Assembly (NCBI GenBank): GCA_001662655.1
Contig: KV460234.1
DNA: 64,000 nt
Direction: 5' to 3' (one strand)
Source: Pseudogymnoascus verrucosus
Lineage: Eukaryota
The position numbers and the translations under genes are program-made. Positions 34,501 through 46,846 of this stretch are shown one piece after another; within the stretch, counting starts at the first letter, position 1, and each line of letters opens with the position of its first letter. Below the pieces are notes generated by a model. It saw only the letters and a program-made list of their open reading frames with translations, searched no databases and was not told the origin of the DNA.

Positions 34501-37500
34501 TCAGAGATTGCCTATCGAATTATCCTCCATCAGCGTCTTGACTTCCGGACACTTTTTACAATTCTTATGAGCCTTGGCCTGCTCCTGATAGAGTTGTCTT
34601 GCAGACTTGGCACTCCCATCTTTGATACTTCTTTTGGCACCGTGCTGCAACAGCATTCTCACAGCGTCAATGATCTCTAGAGAGATTGCGATGTGCAATG
34701 GTGTTCTTCCATCTGTCGTATTTTTGACATTGACATTGGCTTTCTTTTCGAGAAGAAGACGCAAGATTTCTAGCTGATCGTGGTTTGTCGTTGCTGTCCA
34801 AGACCCCATCGCCAATTGAAGCGGGGTGAGACCAGCTCCGTTTTCGCCATCCACAGGCGCATTCTTTTCCAAGAGCATACCAACTGCCCAAGGATCCTTT
34901 CGTCGCACTGCAAGATGTAGGGGCCCATTCATTGTTCCAGGCGGCGAAACATTAATGTCTGTACTGTAGTTTGGTGCCAGAAGAAGAGCTAAAGCATCTC
35001 TTCTATGTTTCGGCAATGGCTCATTTCCACCATAGAGGATCTGCAATAGCGGGACATCTCCCATTGCATCTTTGATATTTGGGTCCGCACCTGCCGCAAG
35101 GAGTATGTAAATGAGATTTGAATATCCACTCCACGCTTCATGCTCAATCGCATACTGAAGTGGAGTCCGTCTGGATACCTTGTTCTTTGCGTTGACATCA
35201 ACACCATAGTTGATGAGCTCACGGACGCATTTTACATGCCTATCACTAGCTCCTCTTACCGCATTGAAAATGGGTTCCCAACGTGGTTCTCCTTTCTTAC
35301 CAGGGTTACAGCCAGATTTAAGAAGCAGACGGACAGCAGATACACTACCTTCCTTTGTATATTGACCTAAGAAATTGAGTGTCTTGTCTTGCCATGGCAA
35401 GAAGACACCGGCACTGCTAAAGCGTTTTGCTGTTCGAGATGACATAACAGATGTTGGGGCAGATGAAGCCGCATCATCCCAAATCTTTTTCATGTAAATA
35501 CTAGCATTCACTGGTTTGATTTTCTCCTTTGCCATGGGCTTGTGAATGAGGTTGTCAAGATTTCCCGCGGTAAGCGGTAGAGAAACCTCAGGGCCCATCC
35601 TTTTCATGTAAATATTGGTATTCACTGGTTTGATTTTCTCCTTTACCTTGGGCTTGTGACTGAGGTCATCAAGGTTTCCCGCGGTAAGCGGGAGAGAAAC
35701 CTCAGGGCTCATCCTAGTAGCTGTTGGCTGTGGCTCCTTCTTGTTTATTGACGGCCCTTGTAAGACGATTGGGCTATTTTGTGGAGACGATGAAGGCGCA
35801 CGCATGTTGCTGAGCCATTTCTTTATGCCATTTTCTTCGAGAGGTATGGATTTTGGTTGGTACTTCGGGCTCTCACCTTTGTCGGGTTCGGGGGGGTTGG
35901 AAGCCCTTTGAATCTTTAAGAGCTTCCCCACCCACAGAGGGCTAAGACGAAAGGATAATAATTCTTCCTTAATCCTCATAAAGGTATCCGGTACGAGATT
36001 TTCATAGTCGTCCTGTAGAGATTCGTAGCTAGTGCTCCGCCGTAATCGATCATTATCCACCGAGGACATATTCTGCAGTAGAGCAATAGAAATATGATTT
36101 AAATTATCATAGCTTCTTCTCCGACGGATGCGGGTTTTGAGAATGTAAGATGGCGAAGTGTGGATGTCATCAGAATTTGTCCATATGAGTTGAGCAAACG
36201 GCGTAAGCTGTATGTGATTCTGTATAGGAGCCTCAGTAGGTAGCAAAGAGAGGGTTGAATCATCGCATTGGATTGGTAAACCCTTATTCTCTTCTACAAT
36301 AGGCGGAAACCATACGACCATCGCAAGATCCTCGTTGTCCTGCACAGGAGCTGCAGTGGCTTTCTGAGGGATGTTTAAAGCATTGGTTTGGGTTGGCAAA
36401 TCCCCATTATCTTCCACGACTGGCGCAAGATCACTGGTATGCTGCACTGGAGCTGTAGTGGCTTGCTGAAGGACATTCAAAGCATCGGGTTGGATTGGTA
36501 TATCCCTATTCTCTTCCACGATCGACACAATCTCTATGCTGTCCTTCACAGGCGCTGTAATGACGTTCTGAGGGAGAATTGAAGGCTCAGATTCGAACGT
36601 AATATCCTTGTCTTTTTCCAGAACTGGCGCCGGATTATACGTACATGGTTCAACTGTGATAATGAGGGGAAGCTCCTCGTCTGGCGTTTCTGGAAAAGCA
36701 CCAGGAAGTAACTGTGTATCATACTCAATTGAAGCCTGTTGCGGATAGTTGACGTACGTATACGGTGATGGTACAGCGTACTCGAAATTTGGCTTTGAGG
36801 CCTGGCTTATGTTTTTTTCTACTTCCTCTGCCTCGATCACTATCTTAGAGTCTTGGAGGGTATATTCGTCTGCTTTCCTAGCAGGTTGTAATAAGGGCGA
36901 CAAATGACTAGGTTCCATGACCTCTTTATTTTGTACCGGCATTGGAAGATCGGGTCTAATCGTGTTGTCCATGTCTTCATCTGTATCCGACATACTTTCG
37001 GATTCAGATTCTGTTTCCTTGCAACATCTGCCACACCAGATTCCACCATCAGCTTCACCAATATCTTCAAAAAGATCGACTGCGGTACGACGGTTGATGG
37101 GATCTTTACTGATCATCTCTTTTATCCATTGGAGTGGAGTGTTATCCGAAAGTCCCGGCATGGGTTGCAAGACTCGAAACCAGCTGATAGCAGCATCTAA
37201 GTTGTGGAAGACGAAAGGGTTTGCGGTTCCGTTTCTATGGAAATGGTCTTCCAAATTCTTCAGGGTTTTGCCTCGGAGTACCGTTGTCATTTCAAGAAAT
37301 ACAACGCCAAGCGACCATATGTCATTGGAGGACCGTCTAGGAGCCCCTGAATTGACTTCTGGGCTTTGATACCGAGGTGTAACGGAGGTGATATTTCCTT
37401 TTGTGACGCTATTGGAAAACTCAGTCCCTGACCAATCCAGCGCGGTACCAAAGTCTGCGATGTATATGTGCTGATTGTGAAGCAGAATATTCTCTGGCTT

Positions 37501-38323
37501 GATATCGTTGTGGCGAATCTGGCTGTCTTTGAGGTATCTGACAGCATTTGTGAGGCAGCCATAATAAGTCCTAAAGACAGACTTGTCACACTCCGGTAAT
37601 GGTTGTTGGAGATATTTCTTCAAATTACAGTCTGCAACAGGTGTTATGAGTAGGGCGACATAGTTCAAGTCAGTATAGCTTCCTTTGACCGCAACTAAAT
37701 GATCGTGGGAAAGCTTTCGGAGAGTATGAAGTTCCTTTTCGAATCGTTTGAAGACTTCTCGTCCATTGCCTTTCTTTATTCGTCTCATTCTTTTGCGAGC
37801 GTAAATGATGCCAGTGAGTTTACTCTGGACCTTTTCGACGGTTCTACATACCAGATTAGCCTACTTGATGTTTCGTTTTGCTATGAACTAACCCAGAACC
37901 ACCTTTACCGATCTTCTCGATGTTAGACTTGAAGAAAGAATTGCCATCTTTGACAGTGCAATGCCCTCCTTTCTCCAGGTCGTATGCAGTGCTCAATACA
38001 TAGTGTTGGAACTGGCAGAATTTGCTGAACATCTCCGGAGACTGCAGATCGCGAGGTAGGCTGGTTTTGGTTTCGTAAGGTAGGGAGATATCTGTATGGC
38101 CTAAACTTATGAAAGCATCCATCTCTTTGACGGCGTGAATCATGGAGAGAAGAGCATATGTTCTCGGTCTTCGAGCCCATTGTTCTTTTTTCAAGTCATA
38201 ATAGAGAATGTCGGATATCACATCAAAGGCCTGATCCAAGATTGGTTGAAGCTCGCCGGAATCTGCTACTTCCGGTGTACAAAGAGAGTTCAAGGAGCTG
38301 AGCGCTGTCTGATGAAAGTCCAT
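34501..38323 (-). CDS. Ser/Thr protein kinase with a long repetitive linker and C-terminal ankyrin repeats
   Basis: Exon 38323-37893, intron, exon 37843-34501. IGKGGSGTV, YARK, HNDIKPEN, DFG, YQSPE, DIWSLG. Several ankyrin repeats (RTPLQYA, GPLHLA, TPLQLA, RTPLHIA). Confidence 0.9.
35487..35714 (-). repeat. 117-bp (39-aa) tandem duplication in the kinase linker
   Basis: RMxPEVSLPLTAGNLDxLxHKPxxKEKIKPVNxxIYMK occurs twice. Confidence 0.9.
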
Positions 38324-39239
38324 ATTCGGGTCTTGGTATAAGTTGTCGCAGCGATACTGGGCCAAATTTTTGTCTCCAACAGTACACTGCTTGGACGGTT
38401 TCGGCGAAAATGGAGAGACGGGGTTAGGTATGCTTCTGCGAATAAATTCATGATTCTATGGAAACAAGGCAGAAAAAAAGAAAACAGTCTATATTGATTA
38501 TGTTACAATAAAAGGAGGGGTAGGAGGCGAGGCTGTGAGGTTGTGAGGCTGTGAAGCTGTGATGCATGAAGGATTGTGTGGGTGGATAGTATGAATGCGT
38601 CCCTCTTCGCCATATCGCTAATCATTGGACGATCAAGGACAACACATCATACATGCATGACTTCGCATCAGCCTATCTAATCGCCCATCCAATCTAAGGC
38701 CAAGTACGAGATTAATTGAGGCTGGCGAAGGCGCATGCCTATTCCGAGATGTATTCTCTAATTCTCTGTGGTTCAGAAAGCATATACCTGTGATGATGAG
38801 TTGATAGGGCGAAATCATCACCATCGGTCGGGGGTTTGAAATGCTCAACCATCAATACATAAGGGTATGAACGCGCAAAATATGCCGGACTTTTGTTATC
38901 GCTGTCGATTTCTATATCGATCGCGAATTGTTGGTGTTTTCTATTGTTGCACTCGCCGCGGATGCATTTAGGCAGTTGGTCTTCTTTTGTGGATGTGATC
39001 CACGTGCTTGCATCGCGTTGCATTGGCGTACTTCGGTTGGTGAACAATATTGTAAGCGTCTTCATCTTACCCTCATCTCTGTTACATTTTACGCAGAGTA
39101 AAATGCTATATATTTTTTTAGGAAAGAATGCATGTTACATCAACTCTGCTAGCAATTATTTGACATCTGAGATCTTATCTTGGTTTGGATCTCGACTTTC
39201 TGTCTCCCACTTTTCATCTTCCGTTGGGACCTTACCATC

Positions 39240-41087
39240 ATGAGCGGTTTCGACGTCGCAGCAGGTGTAGTTGGCGTCGTTTCGTTAAGCGTGACCATCT
39301 TTCAAGGCTGCATCCAGGGATTTGTGCTCCTTTCTACAGCGCAGAACTTTGGTCGAGATGCGGATATTGTTCGTTGCATGATTGAATGGGAACAGTACCG
39401 ATTGTGTGAGTGGGCAGAAAAGGTAGGACTGGAGACGAAGCCAAATCGGAAAATCAACTGGAGCCTTGTTTCCCAGCATCTCCACCAGTTGAAGGCAATC
39501 CTTACGGACGTGAACAAAATTAAGAAGGACTATGAACTTCGTATTGAGGTTACAGATGACGATCTCAAACTGGAGGACATTGCAGCAACGAGAAAAGGAC
39601 TTCAGGGGAGACTGGCTATGTTGAAACCCAAACTTCAGAACCAGACCGCTCAGAGATTACATAAGAGCAGCACGCCATGGAAGAGACTCCGATGGGCGGC
39701 ATTCGACAAGGAGCGACTTCAAATACTCATCCAGGACGTTAAATATTTTAACGATCGTCTGTACGATTTGCTAGAGAACTCGGATCGAGAGTTCTTCAAA
39801 CAGGCACTAGAGGCACTATTGAGAAATGTAATTTCTCAGACCGAAAGTTCCAGTGACTTAGATAGTATCAAAATGCTTCTCAGTCCCGACATATCGAAAG
39901 AAGGGTTGGAGAGTGCTGTTTCTGCTGCTGCCACCTTGAAACAACGACGTTTAGCCCTTGACTTTACCGAATATGACACGAATAGGACGTCTCGATCTAA
40001 TATCGCTTCGACGATGTCGCACAGGCCTTACCCTTCCCGGGGAAGAATTCCAATCAACAATTCCAGGGGTCCTCGCAAACTCCATCTTGCTTCTTTATCC
40101 GGGTTTTCCCCACCTTCTGCGGAAAAGAGACGAGAACTCGCAGTATACGAGGGTCAAAGGGTTCTCCTTGAATGGAAGACAATCAAAAAAGCTGACGAGT
40201 CGAAATTAAAGCACCGCGTGGAAGCTTTGGCAACATTGCTTGGGAACATTACTCATCCCTCGTTCCATTCCTTGAAGTGCAAAGGTTCGTTGAAGGTTTC
40301 TAGCGGAGAGTTCGCCTACATATTCGAGGCGCCACCTCTTCAATCAGTGGATTTCTGCTCTTTACTTCAGCTTCTGCGCATGGAATGCCGACCAAGCTTA
40401 AGCGATCGTGTCTCTCTCGGAGCCGCACTTGCTGAAACAGTTCTACAACTTCACACATCCGGTTGGCTGCACAAAGGTATCCGATCTGATAATGTGATCT
40501 TTTGCCGAGAGAAAGATCATAATTGGAAAGCTGATAACTTATGTCCTGTCTACCTCGGGGGCTACGAATATGCACGCGCGGATAACCCTTTGGATATCAC
40601 AGAAGCGCCATCATCACAAAAAGAAACAGATATATACCGCCATCCAGAACTTACCGGCGGTTCCCACAATTCATACAAGAAGCAGTACGATTTATATGCT
40701 CTCGGTTGCGTGCTTTTAGAGATTGGACTTTGGTGCTCTTTGCAGAATATTTTGCTGCTTGCTCTGCGGCGGAAAACTGAAGATTTTAGAGTTCGGCATG
40801 GTCTACAGCTTGAATTTGGTGGACAGGTAGAGGTCGCTGAGCTCAGCGAGAAAAGGAGGATGCTAGTCACCGACATTCGTGACGGGGCCATCATCAAAGA
40901 ATTGGAGTTTATGGCAGGGAAGAAATACGCGTCAGTGGTCATGGCTTGTCTGACGGCTGGCGATGAGGTGCAATCCAACAATGAAAAGGAAGAGGAGGGT
41001 GACTCAGGTGAAGAGGAGGGTGATTTTGCGACACTGTTGGATCTTCAAGAATGGGTGGTGATGGAGCTAAAAAGCTCCATCGTTTAG
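39240..41087 (+). CDS. HeLo (prion-inhibition) domain fused to a degenerate kinase-like domain
   Basis: N-terminal hydrophobic helix, FQGCIQGF, EQYRLCEWAEKVGL and RLRWAAFDKE...FNDRL are HeLo-type. C-terminal LHTSGWLHKGIRSDN, LGGYEYAR, IYRHPE, YDLYALGCVLLEIGLW are kinase-like. Confidence 0.88.
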   Translation: MSGFDVAAGVVGVVSLSVTIFQGCIQGFVLLSTAQNFGRDADIVRCMIEWEQYRLCEWAEKVGLETKPNRKINWSLVSQHLHQLKAILTDVNKIKKDYELRIEVTDDDLKLEDIAATRKGLQGRLAMLKPKLQNQTAQRLHKSSTPWKRLRWAAFDKERLQILIQDVKYFNDRLYDLLENSDREFFKQALEALLRNVISQTESSSDLDSIKMLLSPDISKEGLESAVSAAATLKQRRLALDFTEYDTNRTSRSNIASTMSHRPYPSRGRIPINNSRGPRKLHLASLSGFSPPSAEKRRELAVYEGQRVLLEWKTIKKADESKLKHRVEALATLLGNITHPSFHSLKCKGSLKVSSGEFAYIFEAPPLQSVDFCSLLQLLRMECRPSLSDRVSLGAALAETVLQLHTSGWLHKGIRSDNVIFCREKDHNWKADNLCPVYLGGYEYARADNPLDITEAPSSQKETDIYRHPELTGGSHNSYKKQYDLYALGCVLLEIGLWCSLQNILLLALRRKTEDFRVRHGLQLEFGGQVEVAELSEKRRMLVTDIRDGAIIKELEFMAGKKYASVVMACLTAGDEVQSNNEKEEEGDSGEEEGDFATLLDLQEWVVMELKSSIV

Positions 41088-41583
41088 GAAATCTTGACAC
41101 CACTTGAAGATTAGTCTCAGATCTAGCTTAAACACAGAGCCAATCATTTTATCTCGTACATGTTCCCAGAAAGAGATCCGAAAAATATATAGATTGGAAA
41201 TCCTGTCGCGGAGAGCTTCTGTCCAGGAAACAAAATCCAGGGATTCCCCGCAATCTTACAGAAAGTGGGGGAGAACGAACCTGAGCCTAACAAGGTAGTA
41301 CAGTTGCGCGAGTTTGTACCCCGCCTTCGTCGGGTCCCCATATACCAATAGAGTCAAGCTCTCCCCGCACACTTACCCCAAATCGCCCTGTGGCCCAAAC
41401 ATCTCGGAATTACTCCGACATTGCCTGGCCTACTATATCTAGGCGTCCCATAAATCCGAGCGTTACCGCTGTTATCCAGAAATGTACACATTTTTCGTTA
41501 TTTGCCAACCAGTGCGACACAACGGCTATTGAGCTATCCCCGCAAGCAAATATTGACAACAAATAGCGATAGAAAGAGCGCAG

Positions 41584-44500
41584 ATGGAGGGTAATTTACA
41601 TGGTGCCAACAGCGTGGAGACGGAGGCACGGGTGGATGTACCTAATACAAACCAACAACCTCGCCGTAAATCACGCGCGGATAACTCATCTGCAAAGGGA
41701 TTCAAACGTGCATACAAAGCTTGCGTGCGTTGTCGGATGAGCAAGGCTAAATGCGAACTTCCACAAACTGGGGATAGCTCTCTGCCATTGGGATCTTGCA
41801 GTAAGATCTCTTCCGCGAAACCTTCCCCCGGCTACTGCATGCTTTTGGATTTCACTAACCTACTCTATCCAAGTGAAATGCCAACGGGAGAGAAGAAAGT
41901 GCGAGTTCACGGTTACTAGATCCTCAAAAAAACGTCAAAAGCCTTCCAATGTCCAGCCGGATAGCCTCGACTCTGAACGGCCCCATCATGGTTAGTTATA
42001 TCCCTAAATAACTGTAATAGATGTTTAGGATAGCATTAATACCCCTTGCTAGTTCATCCCCCGTCTACTGACCACTCTAGAACTGCCGAAAATGTCACAA
42101 ATTCCGACGACGACGACAACGACGACGACAATCAAGCGCATGGAGGAGACTCCCAGTCTTCATTTGACTACAACTCACACCAATCACATAACAGACAAGA
42201 GTTCCAGGGGTCTCCTAGAAGTAACTGGTTAAATGCGAGTTCTATAATAGAACCACACAAATCAGCAGACGCTGATGGCTCGGATTCGGAACTGTCGAGT
42301 ACATCCAAACGCCCAAGACGCCAAAGTATGATACAAAGATCTGTATTGAGTAATCGAGTCATGCGAACAGTCGTCTCTTCTTCAAACGACGCCCTAGGTC
42401 TTCTTTTCGAAGCAGTTGAGCAAGAGCAAAACGGTTCATTCAGCGGCGGCTTACAAGCTCTTGAAACTAATACTAACGGATCTCATGCTTCCCAACATCC
42501 AGCTCAGCATATAAGTCCCCATTCAGCCATGTCAACTGTTTCAAAACCGGGACCAATTCTCCAAAACGAGCTCTCATCTGCAACCCCTGAAATATTAAGG
42601 CTCTGGAACCGATGTCGCTTTGTGAAACAAGGGTGGTTTACTGCAAGGGAAGCTATTACATATATTGACTTGTAGGTGATTATTTATTGTTCATGTCATA
42701 TGAGAAAATCTTTCTCCTTTACATGGTGCTGAATATACTAGGTTCTTAAAAAACTGTGCTCCTCATACGCCAATCTTAACGGATTACTATTTTCATCATT
42801 CAAACCATCATGCTCTTGTTACAGAAGAACCCCTTCTATGTTGTACAATACTCATGATCTCTTCTCGCATCCATGTTTTACCGGGCATGGGCGGTATCTC
42901 CCGGGCCCATTTTATTCATGGGCGGCTCTGGCAGCACCTCGAGCATCTTATCTCCCGTGTGATCTTTGGCCAGGAAAAGATTTCGACTGCAAAGACACGA
43001 ACACTTGGTACTATAGAGAGTCTATTGCTCATGACGGAATGGCACCCTCGAGCCCTTCACTTCCCCCCAGAAAGCGATGGATGGGATTTTGATCTTCTGG
43101 CGAACCCTGATATGCCCGAGGGAACAGGCATGGCGGATGCTGAAGATTCCTCGGCACTGTATCGGTGGCGAGAAGAGGTTTTTGAGCCTGCTAAACGGTC
43201 CGATCGCATGTCATGGATGTTAGTGGGCGCTGCAAACTCTCTAGCACACGAGCTAGGGATTTTTAATGACTGGGATGCGTCCGCTGGTAAGGAAGGTAGT
43301 TCGACTCCCGTAGATGAGATGCGAAGATTACGCGCGCGAATGCTTCTATACGTCTATATTAACCAGCTCGCCGCGCGGCTAGGGTGCACGACGTTGGTAC
43401 CAGAAAATGCTTGTCATACCGTTATGGATAAATCGTTGCTGCCAGCGATGACAATACCAGATCAGCGCTGGTATTCTTTTATGACTTGCTGGATAGAAAT
43501 AACCGCATTGATGGAGACGGTCACGGATATGTTTTTTCCTTCTGCAGCCTTTACACGTCAGCTGCTCTTAAGCGGTCGGTATAAAGGACTTGTGAATCAT
43601 TTCCAACCCTTGCTATCACAGTGGAATGAGAAATCTAAAAAACTAGAAGGTGAGGTTGATTTCTGTGGTTTTCAAATGTTGTAGAGAAATATTATTATTC
43701 TCATATCCATCACTGGCATATACAATACATCAAGCTCACATTTTCTGGCCTTGCAGGAATCTCAACGCCATTTAGAGATATCCTCTTTCTCGAATACCAC
43801 TATATCCGAATGTATGTCAATTCTCTCTCGATTCAAGCCATCGTCGAGCGTACAGTCTCTCAAAGCAACAACTCCGCCACCGCTGAGACAGCACCCTATG
43901 AAAGGAGTGCATCCCAACTGCCTTCCGACGATCTTCTTGTTACATCTATCTCTGCGAGCGATTACAATCTTATCTCAGAAGTCATTGACGCCAGTGTTCA
44001 AATTCTTAAAAAGTCTATTTCACTTTCGCAGTTGGGTCAGCTTATTCACGCTCCAATGCGCACGTATGTGCGTATAGTATCTGCCTCAATTTTTCTTCTC
44101 AAAGCCATTTCGCTCGGCGCGCGCAACACCGATATCCAGACTTCTCTAGACGTCTTAGATGAATTCATCCAAGCCCTTCAGATATCCACCACCGATGAAG
44201 TGCATCTGGGCTCCCGTTACGCCACTCTCCTTGAACGACATGTTCGCCGCTTCAGGCGGAACTTCGTGGGGCTATTCAAGGCTAGCAAGGCAGGACTACA
44301 TCGGCCATCGACGTTAAATGTCCCGCCATATGCGCAGATGACCTCTTCATCGCTAAACCACTTAAGTCCAAGGCAGAATGACCACACGGCTAATTCAGAT
44401 GGGCCCTTAAATGGCGAGCAAGGGCTGGGAGAGATGGCGGGGCAAGCCAGAACGTTGGATTTTGATGGCATGCAATTCACAGGTGATGGTGGGCTGAACG

Positions 44501-44634
44501 TTGCCGGCTACTTGGGGGATGATTGGCTTGCACAGCCGTTTGACCCCAATATTGCGCCGTTTGGCGTAGGAGGCTCGCAATCCATGGGTGGGATAGATTT
44601 GGGTTCTCTAGATTTTTTGTGGAATTTGCTTTGA
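41584..44634 (+). CDS. Zn(II)2Cys6 transcription factor (Aro80-like type)
   Basis: AYKACVRCRMSKAKC...C..CQREKKKC, split by an intron. Fungal TF middle region (FVKQGWFTAREA, LLLMTEWHPRA, RSDRMSWM) and acidic tail. Confidence 0.88.
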
Positions 44635-45247
44635 TACCTGTATTCGTTTCTATCAGTAACAACGGGGTTCGGTTTCAGGAATATGTATCAAAGAAACTAC
44701 TTGAGTTTTGTGTAATATTAATGCTTTTATACAAGTTTGGTAGGTGCTCTGGCTTAAAATGGTTTGATTATGCTGTGCGTTACTATATTTGTAGTGCTTG
44801 ACAACAATTTGAGGATATATTCAAGCTAAAAGGGTAGATGGGCAGATCCAGAATATTTAATGGTGGATTATGAGCGCCATGCCAATACCACCGCGGCGGA
44901 GGCAAGAGAGAGCATATAGTACGCACATTATTGGAAGAATCCTTCTATCAAACTTATTTGGAATGATTAATATCTGACATTTCTCGGTATCAGTACCCAA
45001 AAATACGTACCTTTCGGCTCAAGAGTCAAGAGGGTCCGTCATCAGTCAGAAACGAGTAGTCTTGGGTGTGAACTATGGGTTTATTATACGGAATGAGAAC
45101 CCTTACTTTTTTAGGATATGCATCAATGAACTTCGTGGCTTTGAGACGGGGCCGTCAATACCATAATATGCTAGTTAAAATGGGTGGCCAATCCGCCTAC
45201 AATAGTGATTTGTGTGATACTCGGGGCTAGGTATGGTACCGGATTGT

Positions 45248-45276
45248 TTTTGCGGGGTTTGCGGGATTTGCGGGGG
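45248..45276 (+). promoter_or_regulatory. Clustered CreA/Mig1-type SYGGRG sites upstream of the ICL/PEP-mutase gene
   Basis: TTTTGCGGGG-TTTGCGGGA-TTTGCGGGGG with AT-rich 5' flanks. Confidence 0.5.
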
Positions 45277-45621
45277 ATCCACACCCCTCCAGTTGGGGGA
45301 TCATAGCATTGCCTGAAATATCCGAGTGATTGGCAAATACCGGATGGGTCCGGATATCGGCGGATTTAATTATAAACGTAGCCACACCCAACTTACTTTG
45401 CCCTGCAAAATGGAGGCCAAATATCCTCAGAAGACGAAGGCGGAGACAGAGTCGGATGGATCGATATCACTTCCGGATGGAACGACTTATATTTTTTGGT
45501 ACATCCTCTATATATACACACTGAGTCTCCCGCAATGGGCAGTTCACAGAAATCACTCGATATCTTCTGAAGAACAAAGCCGAAACACCTGTGAACTCAA
45601 TTCCAAACTCGAAATAACAAA

Positions 45622-46846
45622 ATGACTGCCTCCATTGTTAACACTCATGAATATCCATTCAAGTTCGATGAGCCAATAATTACGAAGCCGGGCAATCCAG
45701 GCAAGTGAACTTTTTCAAATGGCCAATCTGGCAATGACAATCCACTAATCATTCCCTCAGGTGTCATCCAAGATGTGACAGTAACGCTGAAGAACGTACG
45801 CGGCAGGATTCCTTCGCTCCAAGCATCCCGCCTTCGAACCATGATGCTTGAGGCCCACAACGACCCATCGAAAATTCTTGCCCATGTCTGCAGCTACGAT
45901 GGCATGTCATCTCGACTCGTTGAAGAGTCAGGCCAGCCCATGGTTTTTCTAGCGGGGTACCCAGTTGCCTCGGGCTATGGCCTCCCCGACACCGGATATA
46001 TTGCCATGCAGGAGATGTGTGACAAGATTCAGGATTCAGTCAGACAGGTCTCAATTCCTGTTATGGCGGATGGGGATACTGGTTACGGCTCTCCGATGAA
46101 CGTCCGCCGCACTGTGGAGAGCTATGCACTCGCGGGTGCAGCTGGAGTCATGATTGAAGACCAGACTTGGCCAAAGAGTAAGTTGTCTGTCCAAAGCTTC
46201 AAACTCCACTAACTGAAAATGTAGGATGCGGCCATACCAAAGGCAAAGCCGTTGTCTCACGCGGTGAAGCTTACGCTCGCATCCAAGCCGCGTGTGACGC
46301 ACGCGACCAAGGCCTCGACATATTTGTCCTTGCCCGCACTGATGCGCTCATTCACGGCTGGGAGGAGGCCATGGCACGTGTGCAGGAGTTCAGGCGCATT
46401 GGTGTCGATGCCGTTTTCGTCGAGGCTCTACCTGACCGGGAAGCGATGAAGCAATGCGTCAAAGAGTCCGGAATCCCTACATTTGCCAATATAATTGAGG
46501 GAGGTAAGACGGAGAACTTATCCGCGAAGGACCTTGCCGAATTGGGCTTCTGCGCTGTGGCGTACCCGTGGACACTAGTCGCCGCGAACCTGAAGAGCAT
46601 TAGGGGTACGTATTATTCAATATTCATTCATTTTTCGCTGTCGCAAACTCTAACGAACACCATCCAGAAACTCTTGAGGCATGTAAGAAGTCGATGACTA
46701 TTGGAGCACCACCAGTTATTCTGAGTTTCGACGAAGTGTGCTTAGGCGTTGGATTTAACAAGTACTGGAAGGGAGAAGAGAGATACAAGTATGACGAGAA
46801 TAACCTTGTGACACCAGTGGAGAAGGTTGTAAATGGTCAATCCTAA
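45622..46846 (+). CDS. Isocitrate lyase/PEP mutase superfamily enzyme (oxaloacetate hydrolase / methylisocitrate lyase-like)
   Basis: YDGMS, GLPDTG, ADGDTGYG, IEDQTWPKRCGH (spliced), ARTDA, FVEA, NIIEGGKT. First intron 45701-45760 is GC-AG. Confidence 0.9.

Noticed and set aside
39240..41087. HET-s-type prion-forming domain after HeLo
   Set aside because: HeLo is followed by a linker and a kinase-like fold; no two-repeat amyloid motif is visible.
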